Positions 21,264-31,163 of a stretch of DNA of 64,000 bases are shown piece after piece (the stretch's first letter is position 1; each line of letters begins with the position of its first letter). The DNA is from Nitrosopumilus sp. Lineage in GTDB: Archaea; Thermoproteota; Nitrososphaeria; Nitrososphaerales; Nitrosopumilaceae. The notes beneath the pieces were generated by a model. The model had not been told where the DNA came from. It saw nothing but the letters and a program-made list of their open reading frames with translations, and did not search any database. Position numbers and translations under genes: made by a program. The stretch spans positions 544,001 through 608,000 of the forward strand of contig OZ241857.1 of NCBI GenBank assembly GCA_965203315.1, read 5' to 3'.

Positions 21264-22040
21264 TTAATTCAATAGATTTCTTATCTTGTTTGCCTTTCTC
21301 TTTCCAACATTGGCAAACACTTTTAGCAACTCTTCATAGGTATTGTCACCGCCAACAAGATCCCAAAAACTCTTACCCATCAAGACTTGGTTGGTAACAT
21401 CCAAATATTTTATAGAAAAGCTATGTTTGTATGGATTGTTGCCGTACGGATTATACGCCATTGCAAAGTATGTCTTGGTCTCTGGAAATGATCTTCTTCT
21501 AAGAGCATGAATCCACAAGTGCTTTCTTGTGATGTTGAGACATTGTTCTTTGTTCGGTTTTGGGGATTTTATCTCCAAGAATATCTCATTGTTTTGTTTA
21601 TCTCTTAGATATAGATCAGAGATTATGCTTTTTTCTATCGGTGTGCTTGTATCGAGACTAACAAAATCGACTATTCTTTTTACTTCTTTGATATAGTCTT
21701 CAAAAATATCTCCTTGATCTATTCTAGTTACTATTCTATCAATCTCTGCATTTGTATCTGTTGGAATGGTGCCTACAAGTTTATTCTGAGACACCACAGT
21801 AAATCTCTCTTTTGCAATTATCAACGAACACCCCTCAAACATCTCTCCTATACTAGTTGAAAACGATCTCTCAAACGATGCTGTCTTTATCATATCTTTT
21901 GGCAATAATGCGGCATGAAAGGGTTTATGATCGGAACTCTGTTGACCAACATCTTTTTGCTCAAGCATATTATCTATTGCATGACATAGATAATCTACTA
22001 ACTCTTTTTTGGTTTTATCTGATAGTGCCATGCGTTCCAC
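21264..22040 (-). CDS. Type II restriction endonuclease, TdeIII/MjaII-like
   Basis: FERSFSTSIG, SDLYL...EIKSPKPN (PD-D/ExK) and AMAYNPY; overlaps the MTase. Confidence 0.8.
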   Translation of the reverse strand: MERMALSDKTKKELVDYLCHAIDNMLEQKDVGQQSSDHKPFHAALLPKDMIKTASFERSFSTSIGEMFEGCSLIIAKERFTVVSQNKLVGTIPTDTNAEIDRIVTRIDQGDIFEDYIKEVKRIVDFVSLDTSTPIEKSIISDLYLRDKQNNEIFLEIKSPKPNKEQCLNITRKHLWIHALRRRSFPETKTYFAMAYNPYGNNPYKHSFSIKYLDVTNQVLMGKSFWDLVGGDNTYEELLKVFANVGKRKANKIRNLLN

Positions 22041-23178
22041 ATACTAGTATATCTTCATTGAAATCTGTTGCCCTTCTACCAGATCGTCTATTTACGTTAC
22101 GGTATAATCTCTTTTTCATATGCATTCCAGATTCTTGTATGATATCATCGTATAATCCAAGCTTGTCATTTACCACTATGATGAAATTGCTGTCTTTGTT
22201 AAGAGTTGTTTCTGATATGTTTTGTATTGTTTTAATCATGGATCTCTTGTAATCTTTAATTGCTTGTTTGCTAGAACCCCTCTTCTTGCTACCAATCTCT
22301 TTGTTCCAGTTGTCTTCTAGTTCCAATAATTCATATGCGTATCGATGCTGGTCATGATAATCAATAAGTCCTAAATATGGAGGCGAGGTTAAAACATCGC
22401 TAATCTGCAAGTTACTAAAGTTAAACTTTGATGAATCTCCATGTATTGCTTTAGTGTATACGTTATTTCGTATACTCTGAAACTCTTTTATGCGTTTTAG
22501 TGTATCTCTACAATATCTCTTGAGAAAAGACAATGAATTTGTGGTCGGGTGACATATTCTATCATGTTTTATGCAATAGTAATCATCACTCTGGGGATTT
22601 TTAGGGTAATCTGTCTCATAGTGAGCGATCATTCTTGATGAACGTGCCGAACGCGATAGTATTACTTTTAGAACATCTTGGTATCTGTGTTTTGTAATAT
22701 GATCACGGAATACAAGTAGTGCGTGCAAAGCGTCTGAATGATACCATCTGTTTAGATACTCCGAGTCTGTAATGCCTATCTTTCTTTTATTCTTGTTTGA
22801 GATAAAATTATCAAGATTTGTTTTGGTAACGCTAGATATCGTCTGCTCTAGAATCGAATCTATCTCTCTTTTTAGAGCAGAAATGTCGTAATGATTTGTC
22901 TTTACGTTGGACAACATTACATTAAATCTACTGATGTCTAGCCCTACTGATGGAATTCCATAAGCATTGGATTCTACAAGTGTAGTTCCAGAACCCATAA
23001 ATGGATCACAGATTAACTTTGATCTCTTTAGATCTCGTTCAAGAAAATAGTCGACTAGCTGTGGTACAAATTTCCCAATATATTGATGTATGCTGTGAAC
23101 GTGTTTTGTCCGCTCTCTTTGTGGTAGTTCTTTCTCAGACCAGCTCAGTTCTTTGATCAATCTAGCACTAGTCATCAT
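22015..23178 (-). CDS. DNA amino-methyltransferase (probably m4C; motif I precedes motif IV)
   Basis: DPFMGSGTT followed by TSPPY. Confidence 0.9.
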   Translation of the reverse strand: MMTSARLIKELSWSEKELPQRERTKHVHSIHQYIGKFVPQLVDYFLERDLKRSKLICDPFMGSGTTLVESNAYGIPSVGLDISRFNVMLSNVKTNHYDISALKREIDSILEQTISSVTKTNLDNFISNKNKRKIGITDSEYLNRWYHSDALHALLVFRDHITKHRYQDVLKVILSRSARSSRMIAHYETDYPKNPQSDDYYCIKHDRICHPTTNSLSFLKRYCRDTLKRIKEFQSIRNNVYTKAIHGDSSKFNFSNLQISDVLTSPPYLGLIDYHDQHRYAYELLELEDNWNKEIGSKKRGSSKQAIKDYKRSMIKTIQNISETTLNKDSNFIIVVNDKLGLYDDIIQESGMHMKKRLYRNVNRRSGRRATDFNEDILVCGTHGTIR

Positions 23179-23391
23179 ACTCTCCTTGTCTTGAATGTGT
23201 TCTCACGGGTATTTTAGTAGATCTCTTACGTCTTAATTATGTTGTATGTCCAGATAGTTCATAAAATATAGTCTCAAATAATCCGATTGTAGTCCATAAT
23301 CGATCTTGACGCAGCATGGAGTCGTACATACCAGGTCTAGTACGATATCTCTTTGTCGAATAACTTGGATCTTTATAGGCGTGGGTTCAAG

Positions 23392-23588
23392 AGATCTCTT
23401 CGATTTACATGAGATGGCATTCTGCAAGGTTTTCCGTGATTTTCCCTTATGAAATCTTGGTGTTTTCTGTACCATTCTATAGTCACGAACATGATAATTT
23501 TCCTAGTGTTTAGTATCACATTGTGTTATCTGTTTTGCCAGAGATAAATTCCGTTTGTGACTATACATCACGTAAACCGAAGAGATCC
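23392..23588. mobile_element. MITE-B interrupted by a shortened inverted MITE-A (23477..23565)
   Basis: AGATCTCTTCGATTTACAT...CGTAAACCGAAGAGATCC enclosing CTATAGTCACGAAC...GTGACTATA. Confidence 0.82.
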
Positions 23589-23957
23589 GACGTCTCAGAT
23601 ATTAATAGAACAATAGTGTGGTCGAATGTACATGAGAGAGTCAAAGATCTTTTTATTACTTGCAATGGGTATGGGAATAGTCGGAGTGTTGATTGGCGCA
23701 TCAATAATCTGGCAGTTGTTGTCGCCTAAATGATAAATCGATTGAATTGTGATCAAGACAGTGTTGAGACGCCTCTGTTGATGTTGAATAAATGTCCGTA
23801 TATGATATCTAGTTTTATGTCTAGTGATCGACGCAATGTGACGGATTGTCAAGTCTTACGTAATTCTAGTTGGCAAAATCTATGCAAGATAGAATATTGC
23901 ACAATGTTGTCCATCTGTAGTCTCATCTCTTGACCAAATACACTGTAAATCCCAAAT

Positions 23958-24955
23958 TGTCTTAGACGGAAATCATTTCATATATAAACTCGAAATAAAA
24001 CCATTGGTAAAGGATGCTGAATGAAAAACAAATAGCGTATATAATTAGAGAAATGCGTAAAGGCACAAGCTCATCCATCATAGCAGAGAGAATGAAGGTA
24101 ACTCCCAGACGTGTGTATCAAATTTATGAATATTATATTCAGACAGGTTCAGTTCCAAAACAGCTCAATGCAGGAAGACCAAAGATAGAACCAACACCAA
24201 AACAGATTCAAATTGTAACTGCAGCATACAATGATGATCCTCGAGGTGCTATTTTTATTGCAAAACATCTGCGCTCTGCCCGCATACAAATAAGCTACAA
24301 CACTGTAAAGAAGATCATGAAAGCAAAAGGTTTAGCATCTCCAGCATCTACAAACCGAACGCGTCACAAATGGATTCGCTTTGAACGAAAGTACTCTAAC
24401 GCAATGTGGCATGTGGACTGGCATGTCATAAAAGACTCCAGATGGCAAAATCTATACCTAATTTGCTACCTAGATGATGCATCCAGATGTATTACAGGCT
24501 TTGGAGTCTTTCAACATCCCACAACAGAGAATGCACTACTTGTATTAGACAAAGCAATTAAGACGTTTGGAAGACCTGCACAGATACTATCTGATCATGG
24601 CCCTCAGTTTACATCTAACAAAGAACCAAAGAAAGGTAAAAAGAAACCTACGCACTTTGAAAGAGCTTTACAAAAGCGTAAAATTACTCACATACTTGCA
24701 GGAGTGGGTCGTCCACAAACTAATGGTAAGATAGAGAGATTCTTTGGAACATTTGAAAATGAGGTTAAACATCATGCCAGAATTGGTGAATACATTAGTC
24801 ATTACAATGAAAAAAGACCACACTTTGCTCTAGATATCGATAACGGAGAAACACCGCTTATTGCTTTTAGAGCAAAACAAGCTAGTGCTGAGATTAGAAA
24901 AGACCCAAAATGGGCAGATCTTGACTTATATATGAAATGATTTCCGTCTAAGACA
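23958..24955 (+). mobile_element. IS481-family element with a 15-bp TSD
   Basis: Perfect 30-bp TIR TGTCTTAGACGGAAATCATTTCATATATAA; CTGTAAATCCCAAAT at 23943-23957 and 24956-24970. Confidence 0.95.
24014..24940 (+). CDS. IS481 transposase (integrase core)
   Basis: WHVDW, DDASR, SDHGPQF and PQTNGKIERF. Confidence 0.93.
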   Translation: MLNEKQIAYIIREMRKGTSSSIIAERMKVTPRRVYQIYEYYIQTGSVPKQLNAGRPKIEPTPKQIQIVTAAYNDDPRGAIFIAKHLRSARIQISYNTVKKIMKAKGLASPASTNRTRHKWIRFERKYSNAMWHVDWHVIKDSRWQNLYLICYLDDASRCITGFGVFQHPTTENALLVLDKAIKTFGRPAQILSDHGPQFTSNKEPKKGKKKPTHFERALQKRKITHILAGVGRPQTNGKIERFFGTFENEVKHHARIGEYISHYNEKRPHFALDIDNGETPLIAFRAKQASAEIRKDPKWADLDLYMK

Positions 24956-24977
24956 CTGTAAATCCCAAATCTATACC

Positions 24978-25000
24978 TTTATATATATCGGGGGGGGGGG
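24978..25000 (+). promoter_or_regulatory. TATA box followed by G11 tract
   Basis: TTTATATA at 24978-24985, G11 at 24990-25000, ATG at 25006. Confidence 0.65.
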
Positions 25001-25005
25001 TGTCT

Positions 25006-27297
25006 ATGGTTAAAACATATCTGGTGTTATCGCTGACAATATTGATGGTGATTCCATTTTTAGCACTAGATGTGTATGCACAAACACCAGTATCGACCAT
25101 AACTGCACCTTCTTTTGATAAACAGAACAAACCCATAGTGCTATACGCTGAATCTGATAATCGAGTAGTTCTTAATAGTATATCAGTTTCAGGCACGTTC
25201 TATGCTGCAAACCACGAAAATGGTCATATTACCATCCTTAGCAATACTGCAATAACAGGCTTGACATATGGTAGCGGAACCGATAAAGGTTGTAACAAAG
25301 CCACAGTTTCTACCATAGGTGGCACTCACTCTGTTTTGCGGGCCAAGATACCAATAGACCATACGGCAGCAATGGGCGTTAAAATTGAGCCCCATACTTG
25401 GGTTGCTTACCCAGAGCAATGTGATGATCCTATTGCTGTAACCTTTGATGATAAACTAGTACTCGACAAGGAGATATATGTACGCATTTATAACATTGTC
25501 AATCAAAATGTATTTTATTATGTAAATGGTGCAGATACAGTTGTACAGATACCAAAATGTACTAATTTTAACTTTAATTTTGCTGACAATACACTAAGAG
25601 GTGACACTGAAGCTTGTTATGGTAAAGATGGCCGAGCAACTATAATCGTATCCAAGGTACTAGCAATTTTTGGAACTACAACACAAGAGATTATTCCTAT
25701 TGAGACTATGCCTCCTCAGGAGAACTTTGAAGATATAGAGCCCAAGTTTACGGCATTTGGAATCATTCCACTTGGAGCAGGTAAAGGTGGAGAGATCCGT
25801 GTATATGATGATGCTCGATTTGGACCACCAAACAGCAAGGGTGACGTATTGATACAGGCCAATACAAAGGTAGAGCCTGCGACACTATTCGAAACGGATA
25901 TCGGGAAACCATGCATCACCGTGAACTTTAGAGATCCTTCCCTCTTACAAACTCCACCGACAGTCATACTGGGTGCAGACGCAATGGGGTTTGACTTGTC
26001 GACAACTGATGGTGCCACATATTTTTCATGTACTGTTGATCCCTCTACATTCAATGGATCTATACTTACAGACAAAGAGATGCGCATAACGCTATATCCA
26101 AATGCAACTACATATGACATAATTCCTTATTTCTTTTCACAACCACCAGGTAACTCTGCAACCAAACCAATACCCCCATGTAAGACGGGTACAAACATAG
26201 ACGCTCAACAGAATCTGATGGATGACACAGAGATGTGTTATGGCAAACACAACGATAATACTGTAATAATATCAAAGCGTATTGGCATATACAGCGCAAA
26301 TGCACCACTCGAACCTATTGCTCCAGATCCTACTCTCACAGTACCTGGCATCACTGACGAATCTCGAATCGCATACACTTATCGAGACTATTCTAACATG
26401 ATAAACACATCAACTCTTACTGTACAAGATGGAGATATTATGGAACAATATCTCTCAATGCCCAGGTGTGACAAAAAACGTGTTCAATTATCTTATACCG
26501 CATCCATGAACTCAAATCAAGACGTTGTCTTGAAGTTTTCAACATATAAAAAAGACTTTGATGGTAAAGCATTTGTAATTATAAAAAATGATGCTGGCAT
26601 CTCTTCTATCTCTCTGCCTTCTACCCTTGTAGAGCAGACTGGATTTTATAGATACTATAGTGTCACCATCTCAAATGATCTCTTGGGTGACAATAATGTC
26701 GTTCGTCTAATCCCGTTCCTTTATGAAACTAGTGACATCATACACAATAAACGAGTATACAGTACCAGCTCTAGTGGTTCTCCACTATACTACAACGTAG
26801 CTCCAAAATTCTTCAACATGTCAGATAATGGTCTGATCCAGATGCCAGACGCTGATAGCAGTGTGAACTTTGTACCTGGTAAAGTCCATAATGTAGATGG
26901 TACAGTGTACGTTCCTAAGGGTAATAATGTACAGTTGACCGGTGATGTATTGTGCCAATTTGCTGTCTTTAAATCCAAACAGGTGGCAAAGATCTTTGAC
27001 ATGAACATATTTGCAGAGAATGCTACATCTGGTCTACAATTTACATACACATTTGAGAAGAAGAAATTTGCATCTGGAGACGGTGCAGTCAAAACATCTC
27101 AACCAAGTATTATACATTGGATTGTAACCGACTCGGACAACAATGTAACACGTGGTAGTACTACCAATGTTGGTTCCACTCATGTATTTACAATTCCACT
27201 AGAGTCTGGTGACTATAATATTGTAATGTATGGCAAACGTGCAAGTGGTGGACTGATCGGCACACATGCCGATTCATACACATTCTCATCACAATAG
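25006..27297 (+). CDS. Secreted modular surface protein, paralog of the 9378 and 58601 proteins (alternative GTG start at 25000)
   Basis: Signal peptide ending VYA; CYGKDG...IVSKVLAIFG and FVPGKV...LCQF modules. Confidence 0.85.
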   Translation: MVKTYLVLSLTILMVIPFLALDVYAQTPVSTITAPSFDKQNKPIVLYAESDNRVVLNSISVSGTFYAANHENGHITILSNTAITGLTYGSGTDKGCNKATVSTIGGTHSVLRAKIPIDHTAAMGVKIEPHTWVAYPEQCDDPIAVTFDDKLVLDKEIYVRIYNIVNQNVFYYVNGADTVVQIPKCTNFNFNFADNTLRGDTEACYGKDGRATIIVSKVLAIFGTTTQEIIPIETMPPQENFEDIEPKFTAFGIIPLGAGKGGEIRVYDDARFGPPNSKGDVLIQANTKVEPATLFETDIGKPCITVNFRDPSLLQTPPTVILGADAMGFDLSTTDGATYFSCTVDPSTFNGSILTDKEMRITLYPNATTYDIIPYFFSQPPGNSATKPIPPCKTGTNIDAQQNLMDDTEMCYGKHNDNTVIISKRIGIYSANAPLEPIAPDPTLTVPGITDESRIAYTYRDYSNMINTSTLTVQDGDIMEQYLSMPRCDKKRVQLSYTASMNSNQDVVLKFSTYKKDFDGKAFVIIKNDAGISSISLPSTLVEQTGFYRYYSVTISNDLLGDNNVVRLIPFLYETSDIIHNKRVYSTSSSGSPLYYNVAPKFFNMSDNGLIQMPDADSSVNFVPGKVHNVDGTVYVPKGNNVQLTGDVLCQFAVFKSKQVAKIFDMNIFAENATSGLQFTYTFEKKKFASGDGAVKTSQPSIIHWIVTDSDNNVTRGSTTNVGSTHVFTIPLESGDYNIVMYGKRASGGLIGTHADSYTFSSQ

Positions 27298-27566
27298 AAC
27301 CGCATAAACAATCATCTCGTGGTATGAGGATTCAACTTTGGAAACTATATCTTGGATGATCTGACAATTGTCCAATAAACGATACAACCCTAGTTCTCGA
27401 TCATAATAAAATACACAGACGCATGCGACAACGGTCTAGTTCATCACTAGTAATAATATTGAAATACAATAGGCGATTTTGATTCTCAATCTTGTGACCA
27501 ACATGATCGTTTACTAAAAAAAGGAAAGATTCTTGACAAATTGTTGGACATTATGCATGAGATCTA

Positions 27567-30500
27567 GTGCTGATGATCAATCAAAGAATTTATTTAATGT
27601 GTATCAAACCAATGTATGTGGTTTCTAGGAACGTCATAATTGGCATAGGGGTAGGACTTGCAATAATTGGTCTAGTCATTGCGATGGCAATATCGGGAGG
27701 CTCTAGAGACAACATTGAGAATGGGTCTACTCTGAAAGGCACGATCAAGATTGGCGTTCTCTTACCGATAACAGGTGTTCTTGAAGAGGAGAGTAAGGGA
27801 GCTGTCGCAGCTACAGAGCTTAGCATCAAAGACTTTAACGAATATCTAGAATCAATTGATGCGCAATGGAGGTTTGAGACAGTACTAGAAGACACCGAAG
27901 CCAATCCAGATGTAGCTAGAGAAAAGATCGAGTTGCTCTACTCTCAAGGCATTAATGTTGTAATTGGTCCTGCAACTAGCGCGGCAACTGCTGCCGTAAA
28001 GGACTTTGCCGATGACAATGATCTCTTGGTGGTATCTTGCTGTTCTTCAGCACACTCACTTGCAGTACAAGACGACAACATACTTCGTCTAGTTCCTAGT
28101 GATAAAGTTCAAGGTGCATCGTTAGTCCAAGTCATAGGTGAGCATAATATCGATGCAATAGTTCCAATATGGCGTGACGATGTGTGGGGCAATGATCTGA
28201 TAGACTTTACTAGAACTGCTTTTGAGGAGAGAGGCATAGTTGTCTCTGACGGTATAATATATGATCCATCAACTCCAAATCCATCCGAATCGATCTCTAT
28301 GTTGGCAGACGAAGTAACTAGATATTCAGAGAGATATGGTTCAACAAAGACTGCTGTAATATTTATGGGGTTTGATGAGGTAATAGAATTTGTAAGAGCA
28401 GCTACACAACACAGCGTTCTTTATGACGTGCCATGGTTTGGTACTACAGCTCTTACAAAGAATGTTGGACTCGTACAAGATCCAGATACATCCAAGTTTA
28501 TGAGTGATGTTCAATTTACAACGATCTCTATGGCCGAGTCACACAACTCGTTACATAACAAAGTAAGAGATCATATTATAGATAATGATGCTGGTACTCC
28601 AAGCATATTTGCATATGCGTCATATGATGTACCACAATTGATCGGTGAGGCCATTTTAGAGATCGAATCGACAGATACCAAAACTCTTCGAGATTCGATT
28701 ATTGCAAAGTCTAGTACATTTAGCGGTGCGATGGACACATCCACATTGAATTCAGCTGGTGATCTTGCAATGTCTGACTTTGAGGTATGGTCGATCATAG
28801 ACGGTGAATGGATACAGACAGGACAATACATGCACAAATCTGACTCTGTAGAGATGTCGACGTTTGTAAAGAGCGAACTAGATGGTTCTATACCCATAGG
28901 AGTTCTGGTTGCAACATCTGGAGACTTGTCATCCATAGGTGAGGAAGCAGAGAGTGCGATCAAATTTGCAGCTGATGACTTTAACAAACATCTAGCTGAA
29001 TTGGGTCAAGATTGGACTATGGACCTGGTCATCGAAGATACGCAGACAAATCCTGTAATTGCACTAGAAAAGACGACATCGTTCAATGCCAAAGGAATCA
29101 ACGTTATAGTGGGCCCAAGTACCAGTGCAGCCCTAAAAAATATCAAAGGATATGCAGACGCGAACAATCTTGTCTTGATCAGTTATAGCAGCACTGCACC
29201 CTCACTCGCACTTGCCAATGATAGCATATATCGAACAATACCAGACGACAAAAAACAAGGACCGGCAATTGCAAATCTATTGTACGAAAAAGGAGTTCGT
29301 GCTGCAGTAATTATGTATCGGGCCGATACGTGGGGTGACGGTCTACTGGATACCATAACTGAGAGTTTTACGTCTCTTGGTGGCATAGTCGGTAAACCCA
29401 TCAGATACAGTCCAACTAATCAAGAGTTTTCTGTATCTGTGTCTGTCTTGGCAGAAGAGGTACAAACACTAGTTGATGAGTATGGCACAGACGAGGTTGC
29501 CGTCGTTATAGTTGGTTTTGCTGAGACTCTACAGATAATCCAATCTGCTTCACAAGAGGATATTCTGGATGATGTATTGTGGTTTGGTACAGATGCAGTT
29601 GCAAATGATATCAGAATTACAAATGATCCTATCGGGCGCGAATTTGTCATCGCGACCGAATTTACTACGCTCCAATTTGCTTCATCGGATAATCCAACGA
29701 CTGCAATGGTACGAGATAAAGTACTGGCAGATATTGGACGTACACCTTCTGTGTACGCGTATACTGCATATGATGCAGTATGGCTTGCTGGTCTATCCAT
29801 ATTGGAATCGCAGAGCACCGAAACAGATGACATCACATCCACAATCATGTCTGTAGCTGATGATCGTATAGGCGCTGCTGGTCCAAACAAACTAAACGCT
29901 GCAGGTGATCTCGTTGCCGCAGATTATGATATCCTGACCACAGTTGATGGAGACTGGTCGACGATCGGCAGGTATAATTCTGCTGATTCGTCGATAGATT
30001 GGAACACCAGTGAATCTGCGGGATTGAGTGGCGAGATATCTATTGGAGTTCTCGCTTCAATATCTGGTGACACATCTTTCTTGGGTGAAGAAGTAGTGAG
30101 TTCGGTCAAATTGGCAAGAGATGACTTTAACAAGTATTTGGCCGAGTCTGATCAAGACTGGACTATGGACCTGGTCATCGAAGATACTCAGACAAATCCT
30201 GTAATTGCATTAGAAAAGACCACATCATTCAAGGGCAAAGGAATCAATGTTATAGTTGGCCCTGCCACCAGTGCTAGCGTCAAGAACGTAAAAGGATATA
30301 CAGATGCAAACAACATGCTGGTGATCAGTTATAGTAGTTCAGCTCCATCGCTCGCACTTGTTGATGATAGCATATACAGAACAGTAGCAGATGACCAAAA
30401 ACAAGGGCCTGCACTCGCAGCTGTGATGCGTGATCGAGGGATTGACGCAATAGTGATCATGTATAGGGCAGATGCATGGGGCGATGATCTACACGAGTCA

Positions 30501-31154
30501 ACGACTAGTAGTTTCAGATCTCTTGGCGGTATGGTCGATAAACCTATCCGATATGATCCAAAACTCCACGAGTTCTCTGTCTCTGTATCTGTCTTGGCAG
30601 ATGAGGTACAAACACTAGTAGACGAGTACGGCTCGGACAGAGTCGCAGTTGTATTGATGGGATTTATAGAGAGTTTACAGATTATGCAGTCTGCAGCACA
30701 AGAAGACATCCTGGATGATGTTCGATGGTTTGGAACAAATGCCAATACAAACATAGATCAGATCACAAATGATCTTATTGGAAGAGACTTTGCAACGGCG
30801 ACAAAGTTCACTTCACTCCAACTTGCACCCGATAACAACTCGGATACCAAAAGAGTGACCGACACCATTCTTCAAGATCTTGGGCGCACACCTACCGTAT
30901 ACGCGTATACTGCATATGATGCAGTGTGGCTTGCTGGTCTATCTATGCTGGAATCACAGAGTACAGAGACAGACGATATCAAGTCCGTGATCATGTCTGT
31001 AGCTGATGATCGTATAGGCGCAGTCGGTCCAAATAGATTAAATGCTGCAGGTGATCTTGCGACTGCAGATTATGATATCTGGACTGCAGTTGATGGAGAG
31101 TGGTCAATAATAGGTACATACCTCTCTGCAGACAAGTCTGTGACTTGGAAATAG
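27567..31154 (+). CDS. Membrane-anchored solute-binding protein with three tandem LivK-like (type 1 PBP) domains; start may be slightly downstream
   Basis: Three repeats of IGVL...EDT..NP..A.EK...GINVI.GP.TSA...LN.AGDL; one N-terminal TM. Confidence 0.9.
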   Translation: MLMINQRIYLMCIKPMYVVSRNVIIGIGVGLAIIGLVIAMAISGGSRDNIENGSTLKGTIKIGVLLPITGVLEEESKGAVAATELSIKDFNEYLESIDAQWRFETVLEDTEANPDVAREKIELLYSQGINVVIGPATSAATAAVKDFADDNDLLVVSCCSSAHSLAVQDDNILRLVPSDKVQGASLVQVIGEHNIDAIVPIWRDDVWGNDLIDFTRTAFEERGIVVSDGIIYDPSTPNPSESISMLADEVTRYSERYGSTKTAVIFMGFDEVIEFVRAATQHSVLYDVPWFGTTALTKNVGLVQDPDTSKFMSDVQFTTISMAESHNSLHNKVRDHIIDNDAGTPSIFAYASYDVPQLIGEAILEIESTDTKTLRDSIIAKSSTFSGAMDTSTLNSAGDLAMSDFEVWSIIDGEWIQTGQYMHKSDSVEMSTFVKSELDGSIPIGVLVATSGDLSSIGEEAESAIKFAADDFNKHLAELGQDWTMDLVIEDTQTNPVIALEKTTSFNAKGINVIVGPSTSAALKNIKGYADANNLVLISYSSTAPSLALANDSIYRTIPDDKKQGPAIANLLYEKGVRAAVIMYRADTWGDGLLDTITESFTSLGGIVGKPIRYSPTNQEFSVSVSVLAEEVQTLVDEYGTDEVAVVIVGFAETLQIIQSASQEDILDDVLWFGTDAVANDIRITNDPIGREFVIATEFTTLQFASSDNPTTAMVRDKVLADIGRTPSVYAYTAYDAVWLAGLSILESQSTETDDITSTIMSVADDRIGAAGPNKLNAAGDLVAADYDILTTVDGDWSTIGRYNSADSSIDWNTSESAGLSGEISIGVLASISGDTSFLGEEVVSSVKLARDDFNKYLAESDQDWTMDLVIEDTQTNPVIALEKTTSFKGKGINVIVGPATSASVKNVKGYTDANNMLVISYSSSAPSLALVDDSIYRTVADDQKQGPALAAVMRDRGIDAIVIMYRADAWGDDLHESTTSSFRSLGGMVDKPIRYDPKLHEFSVSVSVLADEVQTLVDEYGSDRVAVVLMGFIESLQIMQSAAQEDILDDVRWFGTNANTNIDQITNDLIGRDFATATKFTSLQLAPDNNSDTKRVTDTILQDLGRTPTVYAYTAYDAVWLAGLSMLESQSTETDDIKSVIMSVADDRIGAVGPNRLNAAGDLATADYDIWTAVDGEWSIIGTYLSADKSVTWK

Positions 31155-31163
31155 ATGATTTCA

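Noticed and set aside
23595-23933. Overlapping short ORFs between the MTase and IS481
   Set aside because: No recognisable motifs in any frame; at most an unidentifiable relic.
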